Assembly (NCBI RefSeq): GCF_006345805.1
Contig: NW_021832223.1
Span: forward strand, 248,001 to 312,000
Direction of reading: 5' to 3'
Length of the DNA stretch: 64,000 nucleotides
Source: Octopus sinensis
Taxonomy: Eukaryota
Both the position numbers and the translations under genes were made by a program. Shown here one piece after another: positions 13,659 through 25,671 of this stretch. Below the pieces are notes generated by a model. It was not told the DNA's origin, ran no database searches, and saw only the letters and a list, made by a program, of their open reading frames with translations. Every line of letters starts with the position of its first letter. The stretch's first letter is position 1.

Positions 13659-13862
13659 GTGACCTATAGTGCCAGTTTATATCAATATTAGGTACATGCT
13701 CGCCATAATATTAAAAAAATTAGAAAATAAATTAGTAAAAAATTTAATAATATTTTAAATTATTGATAGAGCCACTTAAAAAAATATAATATATTCCACC
13801 TCAAAAATTATTAGATTTTTTAAAAGGCCTAAAAAAACTGCGACCACTTCGACAAAAGTACC

Positions 13863-14958
13863 AAAACAAAATCTATCTTCAAAAAATGCGCATAGACTTA
13901 AGTTCCCACAGCTTGATGCTACGTTAGTTGAATGGATGGATTCGATTGAGTCTAAAGGTAATTTGTACTAATTTATGATTAAGGTGGCTTTCTAATGATG
14001 CTTTAATTTCAATAAGGCTAATTTATTCGCAGCTGAATTAAAACTGGATAATTTTAAAAACTCAAATGGATACCTTCATAATTCAAAAAAAGAGACATGG
14101 TTTTCGAATGACCAAGTTACATGGAGAAATGAGAACTAATGATCCAGTAGATGTCGACTTATTTATCGAAAAATTCATAGAAATATCAAAGAGTTATAAT
14201 GCCGATCAAATTTATAACTTGGACGAAACGGGATTGTATTACAAGCTGATTCCTTCGAAGAGTATTTGTAGAAACAGATTTCAAGGATATAAAAATTTCA
14301 AAGATCGTGTTTCTATTATGCTATGTTCAAATATGAGTGGAAGTCATAAATTGAAACCTGTGATGATCTCGAAACCTAAAATGCCAAGATGTTTTAAATC
14401 TTATGACTATAAATGTTTCATTGATTATTATAGCTCAAAACGAGCTTGGATGACAGGAACAATTTTTACTAACTGGCTATTAAACTTTGATTACCATCTC
14501 AAAAATGAAAAAAAGCAAATTTTACTTCTCATGGACAATTGTCCTTCACATTGTGTTCCATCAAATTTGGATAACATAAAAATATTGTTTTTTCCTCCAA
14601 ATAGTACTGGTCTTATTCAACCTATGGATTTGGGTATAATAAAAACATTTAAAACACATTTCAAAATTGAAAACGACCTCCTAAAAAACATTGAGAACGA
14701 ACATTAAGTTCAATTGATTACATCCATAAGGCGCTATAAGGAAAATGTCATTAAAACTCAAAAAAAGCAGATGGGCATCCAATTCTACTTTAAGAACATT
14801 AATAATGCTTAATTACTTAAAATTTTCTGGATAAAAGTTGTTCTTATTCAAAATTTAATTTACACAAAAGATTGATTTTATTTCTCAAATTGGCCATTTC
14901 TCGAATTGACCACAAAAACACGTGGAACCAAAAATGGCCAATTTCAGAGGAGTCACTG
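13863..14958 (+). mobile_element. pogo/Tigger-like transposon (CENP-B HTH plus DDE_1), interrupted at the 5' end by Merlin
   Basis: KFPQLDATLVEW..ESKG|G with 26-nt intron 13958-13983; YNLDETGLYY, LLMDNCPSH, IQPMDLGIIK; ends ...GAGGAGTCACTG|TA. Confidence 0.85.
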
Positions 14959-15049
14959 TATTTGATTAAAATAGGTTGTTTGGAGCATCATCTCAAGCAA
15001 CAGCTGTTCCTACAGAATGTCGATCGCCGTGATCCGTGGGAATGGCTTT

Positions 15050-16200
15050 GCTATTTGCAAGGCTGGCCGAGCGTCTAGTGAGGCCATTAACTAATTTTTA
15101 ATTTTCTTTCTTTGCTTTTTATATGTTCTATTTTAATAAATTTGATGACATGTTCAATATACCGGGCTTCTCTCTACACCGGATAATTTTGTCGGTTCCT
15201 AAAGGAATCGAATTAAATTGGTATGACTTTACTTGGATTAGAATTTATCCAGCATTGAAAAGGATGGCCCTTGATTGTATTCGAGATGACATCCCAATGT
15301 CTGTGTATCAACATGCGTTTAGAGAAAATTATTCAACTTCAATTTACCTGACAACGTTTTCTTAATTTATTTCTGAAGCATTCAACGCCCAGAAACCTCA
15401 CTTAAAGACTGTTCTTGTTTCCCTGAATATTACAAAAGCATTTGATTCAGTTTAAAGAAGGTCCCTAACAAAGAAAATTTTTGATTTGAACATTCACTCC
15501 AATCTAAAGAGAAGGCTTGCTAACTGCCTAAGCGGAAGACGCGAACAGGGCATCGACAACAACGTGAAATTGAAGATACGCCTCCTACCGAATGGAGTCC
15601 CTCAGGGCTCCCTTCTATCTTCCACATTATTCAACTTATATGTACACGAGAGTGAACTAACGACAACTGTCTTCTCCTTTCTTTAAGAAAACGCATCCAA
15701 ACGGATACAAGGAATATTTAATTCATTAACTGTTTGGCTTAAACAACTACTATGGAAGAATCGCCCACAAAGTTTTTGGTAAACTTATTCACCTCTTGCA
15801 AATAACATTCGAGAAGATCTTTAATCATAATTAACAAAAAGACAATACCTTTTACGGCCACGCCAACGATCATTGAAGTGACCTTGGATCAAGTACTCAA
15901 ATTCGCAAAACATTTCGAAAACCGGGTCACGCTCATGAAAACGAGAATCCTGAAGTTGATCTCAAAACCCATTGGCAGGAACGCGCAAGACTCTATCAAC
16001 TGTATATACCAATTCATACAACTAACTTTAACCTACGCAAGAGAATCGTGGTCGATGGCCATCTCACGCTCCCCCCTAATGAAATTATCCACAATATATG
16101 AAGCCGCCAAAATATTGATTGGCCTGAATCTTTTATCAAACACCCTGGAAACAGTTCTCATCAAAAAGCAAGAAAAAATAGGACTTTTCTTTTTTTCTTT
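15050..16200 (+). mobile_element. Degenerate LINE reverse transcriptase
   Basis: PNGVPQGSLLSSTLFNLYV and downstream DQVLKFAKH..LTYARESW; similar to 50355-51785. Confidence 0.7.
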
Positions 16201-16366
16201 ATAAACCGGTGATCATGGGGTAGAAAATGGTATATTTAATACTAACGACATTTTCAACGCATTAGACAAGCTTGCAAAAAACCATAAATAACAATTTAAT
16301 GTTGGGTTAGGAAGTCCTTGTTGAGTTTGTTAGCAAAACGGATTAATTGCAAGTTAGTATGAATAA

Positions 16367-19300
16367 TTAAGAACGATTTCTGTAAATAGAAGACCGTTCG
16401 TGTCGACAGAAAGATTTAAGTACTCCAAAAATGACTGTTATGACCATAATACCATAGAATGCAGCAATGGAAATGTAGGCCAGTTTAATGAAATGAGAAT
16501 GTGTGAAGATTGATTTTTCGACAATTGTTTTACCATTCTGAGGGTGAGTCAAAGTTGTATCAGAAGTTACAACTAAATCAGCATCAAAGTTTGAATTGTT
16601 GGCACCAATAGTAGAAGTGGTAACACCAATTTTTGAAGAATCAGCATCAATGTTTGAATTGTTGGAACCAATAGTAGAAGTGGTAACACGAATTTTTGAA
16701 GAATCAGCATCAATGTTTGAATTGTTGGAACCAATAGTAGAAGTGGTAACACGAATTTTTGAAGAATCAGCATCAATGTTTGAATTGTTGGCACCAATAG
16801 TAGAAGTGGTAACACGAATTTTTGAAGAATCAGCATCAATGTTTGAATTGTTGGCACCAATAGTAGAAGTGGTAACACGAATTTTTGAAGAATCAGCATC
16901 AATGTTTGAATTGTTGGAACCAATAGTAGAAGTGGTAACACGAATTTTTGAAGAATCAGCATCAATGTTTGAATTGTTGGCACCAATAGTAGAAGTGGTA
17001 ACACGAATTTTTGAAGAATCAGCATCAATGTTTGAATTGTTGGAACCAATAGTAGAAGTGGTAACACGAATTTTTGAAGAATCAGCATCAATGTTTGAAT
17101 TGTTGGAACCAATAGTAGAACTGGTAACACGAATTTTTGAAGAATCAGCATCAATGTTTGAATTGTTGGAACCAATAGTAGAAGTGGTAACACGAATTTT
17201 TGAAGAATCAGCATCAATGTTTGAATTGTCGGAACCAATAGTAGAAGTGGTAACACGAATTTTTGAAGAATCAGCATCAATGTTTGAATTGTTGACACCA
17301 ATAGTAGAAGTGGTAACACCAATTTTTGAAGAATCAGCATCAATGTTTGAATTGTTGTCACCAATAGTAGAAGTGGTAAAACCAATTTTTGAAGAATCAG
17401 CATCAATGTTTGTATTGTTAGCAACAATAGTAGAAGTGGTAAGACGTATTTTTGAAAAATCAGTATCAATGTTTGAATAGTTGGGACCAATAGTAGAAGA
17501 TGTAAAACGAATTTTTGAAGAACCAGCATCAATGTTTGAATTGTTGGCACTAATAGTAGAAGTGGTAACACCAATTTTTGAAGAATCAGCATCAATGTTT
17601 GAATTATTGGCACCAATAGTAGAAGTGTCTACAACAATTTTTGAAGAATCAGCATCAATGTTTGGATTGTTGTCACCAAAAGTAGAAGTGGTTACAACAA
17701 TTTTTGAAGAATCAACATCAATGTTTGTATTGTTGGCACCAATAGTAGAAGTGGTAAAACGAATTTTTGAAGAACCAGCATCAATGTTTGAATTGTTGAC
17801 ACCAATAGTAGAAGTGGTAACACCAATTTTTGAAGAATCAGCATCAATGTTTGAATTGTTGGCATTAATAGTAGAAGTGGTAACATCAATATTTGAAGAA
17901 TCAGCATCAATGTTTGAATTGTTGACACCAATAGTAGAAGTGGTAACACCAATTTTTGAAGAATCAGCATCAATGTTTGAATTATTGGCACCAATAGTAG
18001 AAGTGTCTACAACAATTTTTGAAGAATCAGCATCAATGTTTGAATTGTTGTCACCAATAGTAGAAGTGGTAACACCAATTTTTGAAGAATCAGCATCAAT
18101 GTTTGAATTGATGACACCAATAGTAGAAGTGGTAACACCAATTTTTGAAGAATCAGCATCAATGTTTGAATTGTTGTCACCAATACTAGAAGTGGTAAAA
18201 CGAATTTTTGAAGAATCAGCATCAATGTTTGAATTGTTGAAACCAATAGTAGAAGTGGTAAAACGAATTTTTGAAGAATCAGCATCAATGTTAGAATTGT
18301 TGGCATTAATAGTAGAAGTGGTAACACCAATTTTTGAAGAATCAGAATCAATGTTTGAATTGTTAACACCAATAGTAGAAGTGGTAACACCAATTTTTGA
18401 AGAATCAGCATCAATGTTTGAATTATTGGCACCAATAGTAGAAGTGTCTACAACAATTTTTGAAGAATCAGCATCAATGTTTGAATTGTTGTCACCAATA
18501 GTAGAAGTGGTAACACCAATTTTTGAAGAATCAGCATCAATGTTTGAATTGTTGACACCAATAGTAGAAGTAGTAACACCAATTTTTGAAGAATCAGAAT
18601 CAATGTTTGAATTGTTAACACCAATAGTAGAAGTGGTAACACCAATTATTGAAGAATCAGCATCAATGTTTGAATTATTGGCACCAATAGTAGAAGTGTC
18701 TACAACAATTTTTGAAGAATCAGCATCAATGTTTGAATTGTTGTCACCAATAGTAGAAGTGGTAACACCAATTTTTGAAGAATCAGCATCAATGTTTGAA
18801 TTGTTGACACCAATAGTAGAAGTAGTAACACCAATTTTTGAAGAATCAGCATCAATGTTGAATTGTTGTCACCAATAGTAGAAGTGGTAACACCAATTTT
18901 TGAAGAATCAGCATCAATGTTTGAATTGTTGACACCAATAGTAGAAGTAGTAACACCAATTTTTGAAGAATCAGCATCAATGTTTGAATTGTTGTCACCA
19001 ATAGTAGAAGTGGTAACACCAATTATTGAAGAATCAGCATCAATGTTTGAATTGTTGGCACCAATAGTAGAAGTGGTTACAACTATTTTTGAAGAATCAG
19101 CATCAATGTTTGAATTGTTGTCACCAATAGTAGAAGTGGTAACACCAATTTTTGAAGAATCAGCATCAATGTTTGAATTGTTGACACCAATAGTAGAAGT
19201 GGTAACACCAATTTTTGAAGAATCAGCATCAATGTTTGAATTGTTGTCACCAATAGTAGAAGTGGTAACACCAATTTTTGAAGAATCAGCATCAATGTTT

Positions 19301-22300
19301 GAATTGTTGTCACCAATAATAGAAGTGGTAACACCAATTTTTGAAGAATCAGCATCAATGTTTGAATAGTTGGCACCAATAGTAGAAGATGTAAAACGAA
19401 TTTTTGAAGAACCAGCATCAATGTTTGAATTGTTGGCACTAATAGTAGAAGTGGTAACACCAATTTTTGAAGAATCAGCATCAATGTTTGAATTATTGGC
19501 ACCAATAGTAGAAGTGTCTACAACAATTTTTGAAGAATCAGCATCAATGTTTGAATTGTTGTCACCAAAAGTAGAAGTGGTTACAACAATTTTTGAAGAA
19601 TCAACATCAATGTTTGTATTGTTGGCACCAATAGTAGAAGTGGTAAAACGAATTTTTGAAGAACCAGCATCAATGTTTGAATTGTTGGCACCAATAGTAG
19701 AAGTGGTAACACCAATTTTTGAAGAATCAGCATCAATGTTTGAATTGTTGGCTTTAATAGTAGAAGTGGTAACATCAATATTTGAAGAATCAGCATCAAT
19801 GTTTGAATTGTTGGCACCAATAGTGGAAGTGGTAACACCAATTTTTGAAGAATCAGCATCAATGTTTGAATTGTTGGAACCAATAGTAGAAGTGGCAACA
19901 CCAATTTTTGAAGAATCAGCATCAATGTTTGAATTGTTGGCATTAATAGTAGAAGTGGTAACATCAATATTTGAAGAATCAGTATCAATGTTTGAATTGT
20001 TGGCACCAATAGTAGAAATGGTAACACCAATTTTTGAAGAATCAGCATCAATGTTTGAATTGTTGGAACCAATAGTAGAAGTGGTAACATCAATTTTTGA
20101 AGAATCAGCATCAATGTTTGAATTGTTGGTACCAATAGTAAAAGTGGTAACATCAATTTTTGAAGAATCAGCATCAATGTTTGAATTGTTGGTACCAATA
20201 GTAAAAGTGGTAACATCAATTTTTGAAGAATCAGCATCAATGTTTGAATTGTTGCCACCAATAGTAGAAGTGGTAACATCAATTTTTGAAGAATCAGCAT
20301 CAATGTTTGAATTGTTGGCACCAATAGTGGAAGTGGTAACACCAATTTTTGAAGAATCAGCATCAATGTTTGAATTGTTGGAACCAATAGTAGAAGTGGT
20401 AACATCAATTTTTGAAGAATCAGCATCAATGTTTGAATTGTTGGCACCAATAGTAGAAGTGGTAACATCAATTTTTGAAGAATCAGCATCAATGTTTGAA
20501 TTGTTGGCACCAATAGTAGAAGTGGTAACATCAATTTTTGAAGAATCAGCATCAACGTTTGAATTGTTGGAAGCAAAAGTAGAAGTGGTAACGCCAATTT
20601 TTGAAGAATCAGCATTAATGTTTGAATTGTTGGCACCAATAGTAGAAGTGGTAACCTCAATTTTAGAAGAATCAGCATCAATGTTTGAATTGTTGGCACC
20701 AATAGTAGAAGTAGTAGCACGAATTTTTGAAGAATCAGCATCAATGTTTGAATTGTTCGCACCAATATTAGAAGTGGTTACAATAATTTTGTAAGAATCA
20801 GCATCAATGTTTGTATTGTTGGCACCAATAGTAGAATTGGTAAAAGTAATTTTTGAAGAATCAGCATCAATGTTTGTATTTTTGGCACCAATAGTAGAAG
20901 TGGTAAAACTAATTTTTGAAGAATCAGCATCAATGTTTGAATTGTTGGCACCAATAGTTGAAGTGGTTACAACAATTTTTGAAGAAACAGCATCAATTTT
21001 TGAATAGTTGACACCAATAGTAGAAGTGGTAAAACGAATTTTTGAAGAATCAGCATCAATGTTTGAATTGTTGTCACCAATAGTAGAAGTGGTGAAACGA
21101 ATTTTTGAAGAATCGGCTTCAATGTTTGAATTGTTGGCACCAATAGTAGAAGTGGTTACAACAATTTTTGAAGAATCAGTATCAATGTTTGTATTGTTGG
21201 CACCAATTGTAGAAGTGGTAAAACGTATTTTTGAAGAATCAGCATCAATGTTTGAATTGTTGGCACCAATAGTAGAAGTGTTAAAACGTATTTTTGAAGA
21301 ATCAGTATCAATGTTTGAATTGTTGGAACCAATAGTAGAAGTGGTAACATGAGTGCTTGAAGAATTAACACGAATTTTGGAAGGAATTTGGGTTGTTGGC
21401 ATGTTTTGTGTGGTGATTTCCTTTTTCTTTTCTTTATTTACGTGAACAAGGCAGTGAATATTTTTAAAAAGATGTTGAGGGCCAGAATCAGTGGCTCTAA
21501 CTTGTATGAGATAGTATGCGGGTTTGAGTTGTCCTCTCGCATATATATTTCCGTTGTTGTCAATCAAAAATAAACTTTTGTGGTCGTTTGGTGTTTTGCA
21601 GGAATTCAATTCTTCACTCATGTCAATCGCCGAATCAATGCTGTAGCCTATTTTTCCATTCAGTTCGGAGTCTTCGTCAATGGCAAAAACAGTCGTCAAA
21701 TATTGACTCTTTTCCTTTTTCAAAACAGTTTTGGCATAGCAGCCGTGGCCAGCAAATTCTGGGGAATTGTCGTTCACGTCGACAATATAAAATGTAGCTG
21801 TATAATCAATGTTTGGTACTACTTCATTAATGATATACACATCGTATTGTTTTTGTTTTTCATAATCCGCTGATAATTTAATCGTGACATCTTTTGCTTG
21901 AGTATCGAAAATATTTTCCACACCTTTAGAAGGCATGACTTTATAAGGAAACGTGAACGGCAAATAAATCTCATGTTCTGGAAGGTTTTCACAGACCTTG
22001 GAAAATTGTTGGGTCCTGGCGGTGTAGAAATTGACGTTCTATCAAATAATTTTCCGGACACTACCTTTAGTGTTAAACTAGATCTGACTTGGTTTGGATA
22101 CCATCTTTCAAAACAGGAATCTGTTTCCACTGCAATGCAGGTCACGTTTGAAAATGCCATTGGAATGCTGACATTATAGTCCAGTAAGATCACGTCATAA
22201 ATATAATTCGACGTGGGAACAAGGACGATCTCATCCGTGTTCAGGGTACACTTCACGACGATAGACGTGTCAGACGTTTGTACTCTTATCGTATTGAAGT

Positions 22301-25300
22301 TGAGATAATCAAACGAATCGATGATTTCAGGCATGTTTTTGTCTGCAGTGATGCTTATGCTTACAGGGTCGTAAATTTGGATCTTTACATTAATTAGTTC
22401 GACTTGGGAAGTGAGGGGAGAGTAACATTGAATGATAAATTGATCACTGACGAGGGATCCTGCATTTGCTTGATATATCATTCCTGTATTTTTGTCAATT
22501 TTGTAATTAACGTTTGTCATCTGCATTTTATATTGCGGCATTCCAAATTTGGTAACATAATCCTCGGTGCTCTTCACAGTGACCAACGAGGCCCCGTTTA
22601 TTGGTTGCGCTAAAAATACCACATCGTGTAATTGTGCTGATTTTTTCAAAGCAGAGTTGGAATGCAATGTTATGTCCATATAAGTCCACAAATTTCTATT
22701 TTGACGGTCGAAAGCAAAAAGTCTCAAGTTTATCACCTGAGAAAAAACACTCTCACTCTGGTTATATATAAGAACTGGCGATTCGTTTGTCATTAATCTG
22801 AAATACTTATTCTCAATCAGTTCGTAGTTCATTAGTGCCTTGTCACCTCTAACCTCCCCCACTGCTTTCGGGAGATGCAACATAAATCCGCGGAAAAGTA
22901 CAGGCAATTGGATTACTCGATGATTCCTGGGGAATACCGGGGGTCTTTTTCGAGTTCAAGAACCAAGAAATTAGTATAAAAATATATTTACTTTTATTGT
23001 CATATTATATTGAACTCCATTCACTGCTATTTCGACATTCAAATCAAAAGAGGTTGTCGTCGATTTAGCAATTTGATCAAAAAATATATATTTGGCAACC
23101 TATACAAGTAATAACTTGAATGATAACTTTAACATTTCCTGAATTGTTGCAGGATATGTACTGCTCGGCGTTTAGGACATTGCAAACCACGTTTCCGTCG
23201 CATTTTGAAATGGATAAATTTTTGCAAATGTTGCCAATTACTTGCCCGACTGATGACTGTTCATAGATTGTGTAAGTGATGTCATGGTTGACACCAATAG
23301 TTGAAGTGGTAACACGAGTGCTTGAAGAATTAACACGAATTTTGGAAGGAATTTGGGTTGTTGGCATGTTTTGTGTGGTGATTTCCTTTTTCTTTTCTTT
23401 ATTTACGTGAACAAGGCAGTGAATATTTTTAAAAAGATGTTGAGGGCCAGAATCAGTGGCTCTAACTTGTATGAGATAGTATGCGGGTTTGAGTTGTCCT
23501 CTCGCATATATATTTCCGTTGTTGTCAATCAAAAATAAACTTTTGTGGTCGTTTGGTGTTTTGCAGGAATTCAATTCTTCACTCATGTCAATCGCCGAAT
23601 CAATGCTGTAGCCTATTTTTCCATTCAGTTCGGAGTCTTCGTCAATGGCAAAAACAGTCGTCAAATATTGACTCTTTTCCTTTTTCAAAACAGTTTTGGC
23701 ATAGCAGCCGTGGCCAGCAAATTCTGGGGAATTGTCGTTCACGTCGACAATATAAAATGTAGCTGTATAATCAATGTTTGGTACTACTTCATTAATGATA
23801 TACACATCGTATTGTTTTTGTTTTTCATAATCCGCTGATAATTTAATCGTGACATCTTTTGCTTGAGTATCGAAAATATTTTCCACACCTTTAGAAGGCA
23901 TGACTTTATAAGGAAACGTGAACGGCAAATAAATCTCATGTTCTGGAAGGTTTTCACAGACCTTGGAAAATTGTTGGGTCCTGGCGGTGTAGAAATTGAC
24001 GTTCTATCAAATAATTTTCCGGACACTACCTTTAGTGTTAAACTAGATCTGACTTGGTTTGGATACCATCTTTCAAAACAGGAATCTGTTTCCACTGCAA
24101 TGCAGGTCACGTTTGAAAATGCCATTGGAATGCTGACATTATAGTCCAGTAAGATCACGTCATAAATATAATTCGACGTGGGAACAAGGACGATCTCATC
24201 CGTGTTCAGGGTACACTTCACGACGATAGACGTGTCAGACGTTTGTACTCTTATCGTATTGAAGTTGAGATAATCAAACGAATCGATGATTTCAGGCATG
24301 TTTTTGTCTGCAGTGATGCTTATGCTTACAGGGTCGTAAATTTGGATCTTTACATTAATTAGTTCGACTTGGGAAGTGAGGGGAGAGTAACATTGAATGA
24401 TAAATTGATCACTGACGAGGGATCCTGCATTTGCTTGATATATCATTCCTGTATTTTTGTCAATTTTGTAATTAACGTTTGTCATCTGCATTTTATATTG
24501 CGGCATTCCAAATTTGGTAACATAATCCTCGGTGCTCTTCACAGTGACCAACGAGGCCCCGTTTATTGGTTGCGCTAAAAATACCACATCGTGTAATTGT
24601 GCTGATTTTTTCAAAGCAGAGTTGGAATGCAATGTTATGTCCATATAAGTCCACAAATTTCTATTTTGACGGTCGAAAGCAAAAAGTCTCAAGTTTATCA
24701 CCTGAGAAAAAACACTCTCACTCTGGTTATATATAAGAACTGGCGATTCGTTTGTCATTAATCTGAAATACTTATTCTCAATCAGTTCGTAGTTCATTAG
24801 TGCCTTGTCACCTCTAACCTCCCCCACTGCTTTCGGGAGATGCAACATAAATCCGCGGAAAAGTACAGGCAATTGGATTACTCGATGATTCCTGGGGAAT
24901 ACCGGGGGGTCTTTTTCGAGTTCAAGAACCAAGAAATTAGTATAAAAATATATTTACTTTTATTGTCATATTATATTGAACTCCATTCACTGCTATTTCG
25001 ACATTCAAATCAAAAGAGGTTGTCGTCGATTTAGCAATTTGATCAAAAAATATATATTTGGCAACCTATACAAGTAATAACTTGAATGATAACTTTAACA
25101 TTTCCTGAATTGTTGCAGGATATGTACTGCTCGGCGTTTAGGACATTGCAAACCACGTTTCCGTCGCATTTTGAAATGGATAAATTTTTGCAAATGTTGC
25201 CAATTACTTGCCCGACTGATGACTGTTCATAGATTGTGTAAGTGATTTCCACACTGGCAATAAAAGCCAGTAAACATAGAGTAATCATTGCGGCAGAAAA

Positions 25301-25315
25301 AGCCCTCATTATCAC
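16367..25315 (-). CDS. Giant cadherin-mucin type I membrane protein (signal peptide, two duplicated cadherin blocks, ~75 x 21-aa stalk, TM, short tail)
   Basis: Signal MIMRAFSAAMITLCLLAFIAS; cadherin motifs DYE, DVNDNSPEF, AIDEDSELNG, VRATDSG; TM LAYISIAAFYGIMVITVIFGVL; 1-nt frameshifts near 22940 and 18860. Confidence 0.8.
16580..21345 (-). repeat. Coding 63-bp tandem array (TTSTIGANNSNIDADSSKIxV), about 75 units
   Basis: Directly visible periodic sequence GAAGAATCAGCATCAATGTTTGAATTGTTGGCACCAATAGTAGAAGTGG. Confidence 0.97.
21335..25248. repeat. Near-identical tandem duplication, period 1965/1966 bp, of the cadherin exon block
   Basis: Identical ORFs offset by 1965-1966 (21388/23353; 23077/25043); junction near 23280 reads STIGVN-HD-ITYTIYE in frame. 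Confidence 0.95.
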
Positions 25316-25671
25316 TTTAAGTAGTACTTTTAAGCCTCTTTTAGTAATCTTATTAGCTTCTTAATTTACAGCTCAAGTTAATCAAATTTATCAAATAAGG
25401 CATTCTATCAGCGTCTCACAGAATTCTGTGACTCGGCATCTTTTCATAACTCCCTTATCTTTAAGACTAGTAAAGGATTTCTGTATTGTTCGGGAAGATT
25501 CCTCTTAATATGAGCCATAAAACATGACGAAAGCAAAGGACCTTTAACAAAAATGTGGAATTAGCAGCCAACATTAAGTATGTGGTGAACATATGGACTC
25601 TCACATATGTGCTATAATAATTATGAGATTTATAAATAATAAGTAATTAAGCTAATCAGATTTATCAATTA

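Larger units (their letters stand above)
12267..13862 (-). mobile_element. Complete Merlin (ISXO2/IS1016-like) DNA transposon
   Basis: Perfect 34-bp TIRs GGTACTTTTGTCGAAGTGGTCGCAGTTTTTTTAG (12267-12300; 13829-13862) flanked by 8-bp TSD AAAACAAA (12259-12266; 13863-13870). Confidence 0.95.

Noticed and set aside
18850-18870. Frameshifts at ~18860 and ~22940 as pseudogenisation or programmed frameshifting
   Set aside because: Single-base losses in short homopolymers within repeats or duplications are most simply assembly errors.
16580-21345. Array as a CRISPR locus
   Set aside because: Contiguous tandem units with no unique spacers, no cas genes, and a eukaryotic context.
16573-21371. Long ORFs MFELLAPIVEVVT... 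(+) and LMLILQKLVLPLLLL... (-) across the array
   Set aside because: Alternative frames of a stop-free 63-bp repeat. Only the TTSTIGANN frame connects to the cadherin and TM exons.
25416-25431. Perfect 16-bp palindrome TCACAGAATTCTGTGA in a divergent promoter
   Set aside because: About one such palindrome is expected by chance in 64 kb, and there is no second instance.
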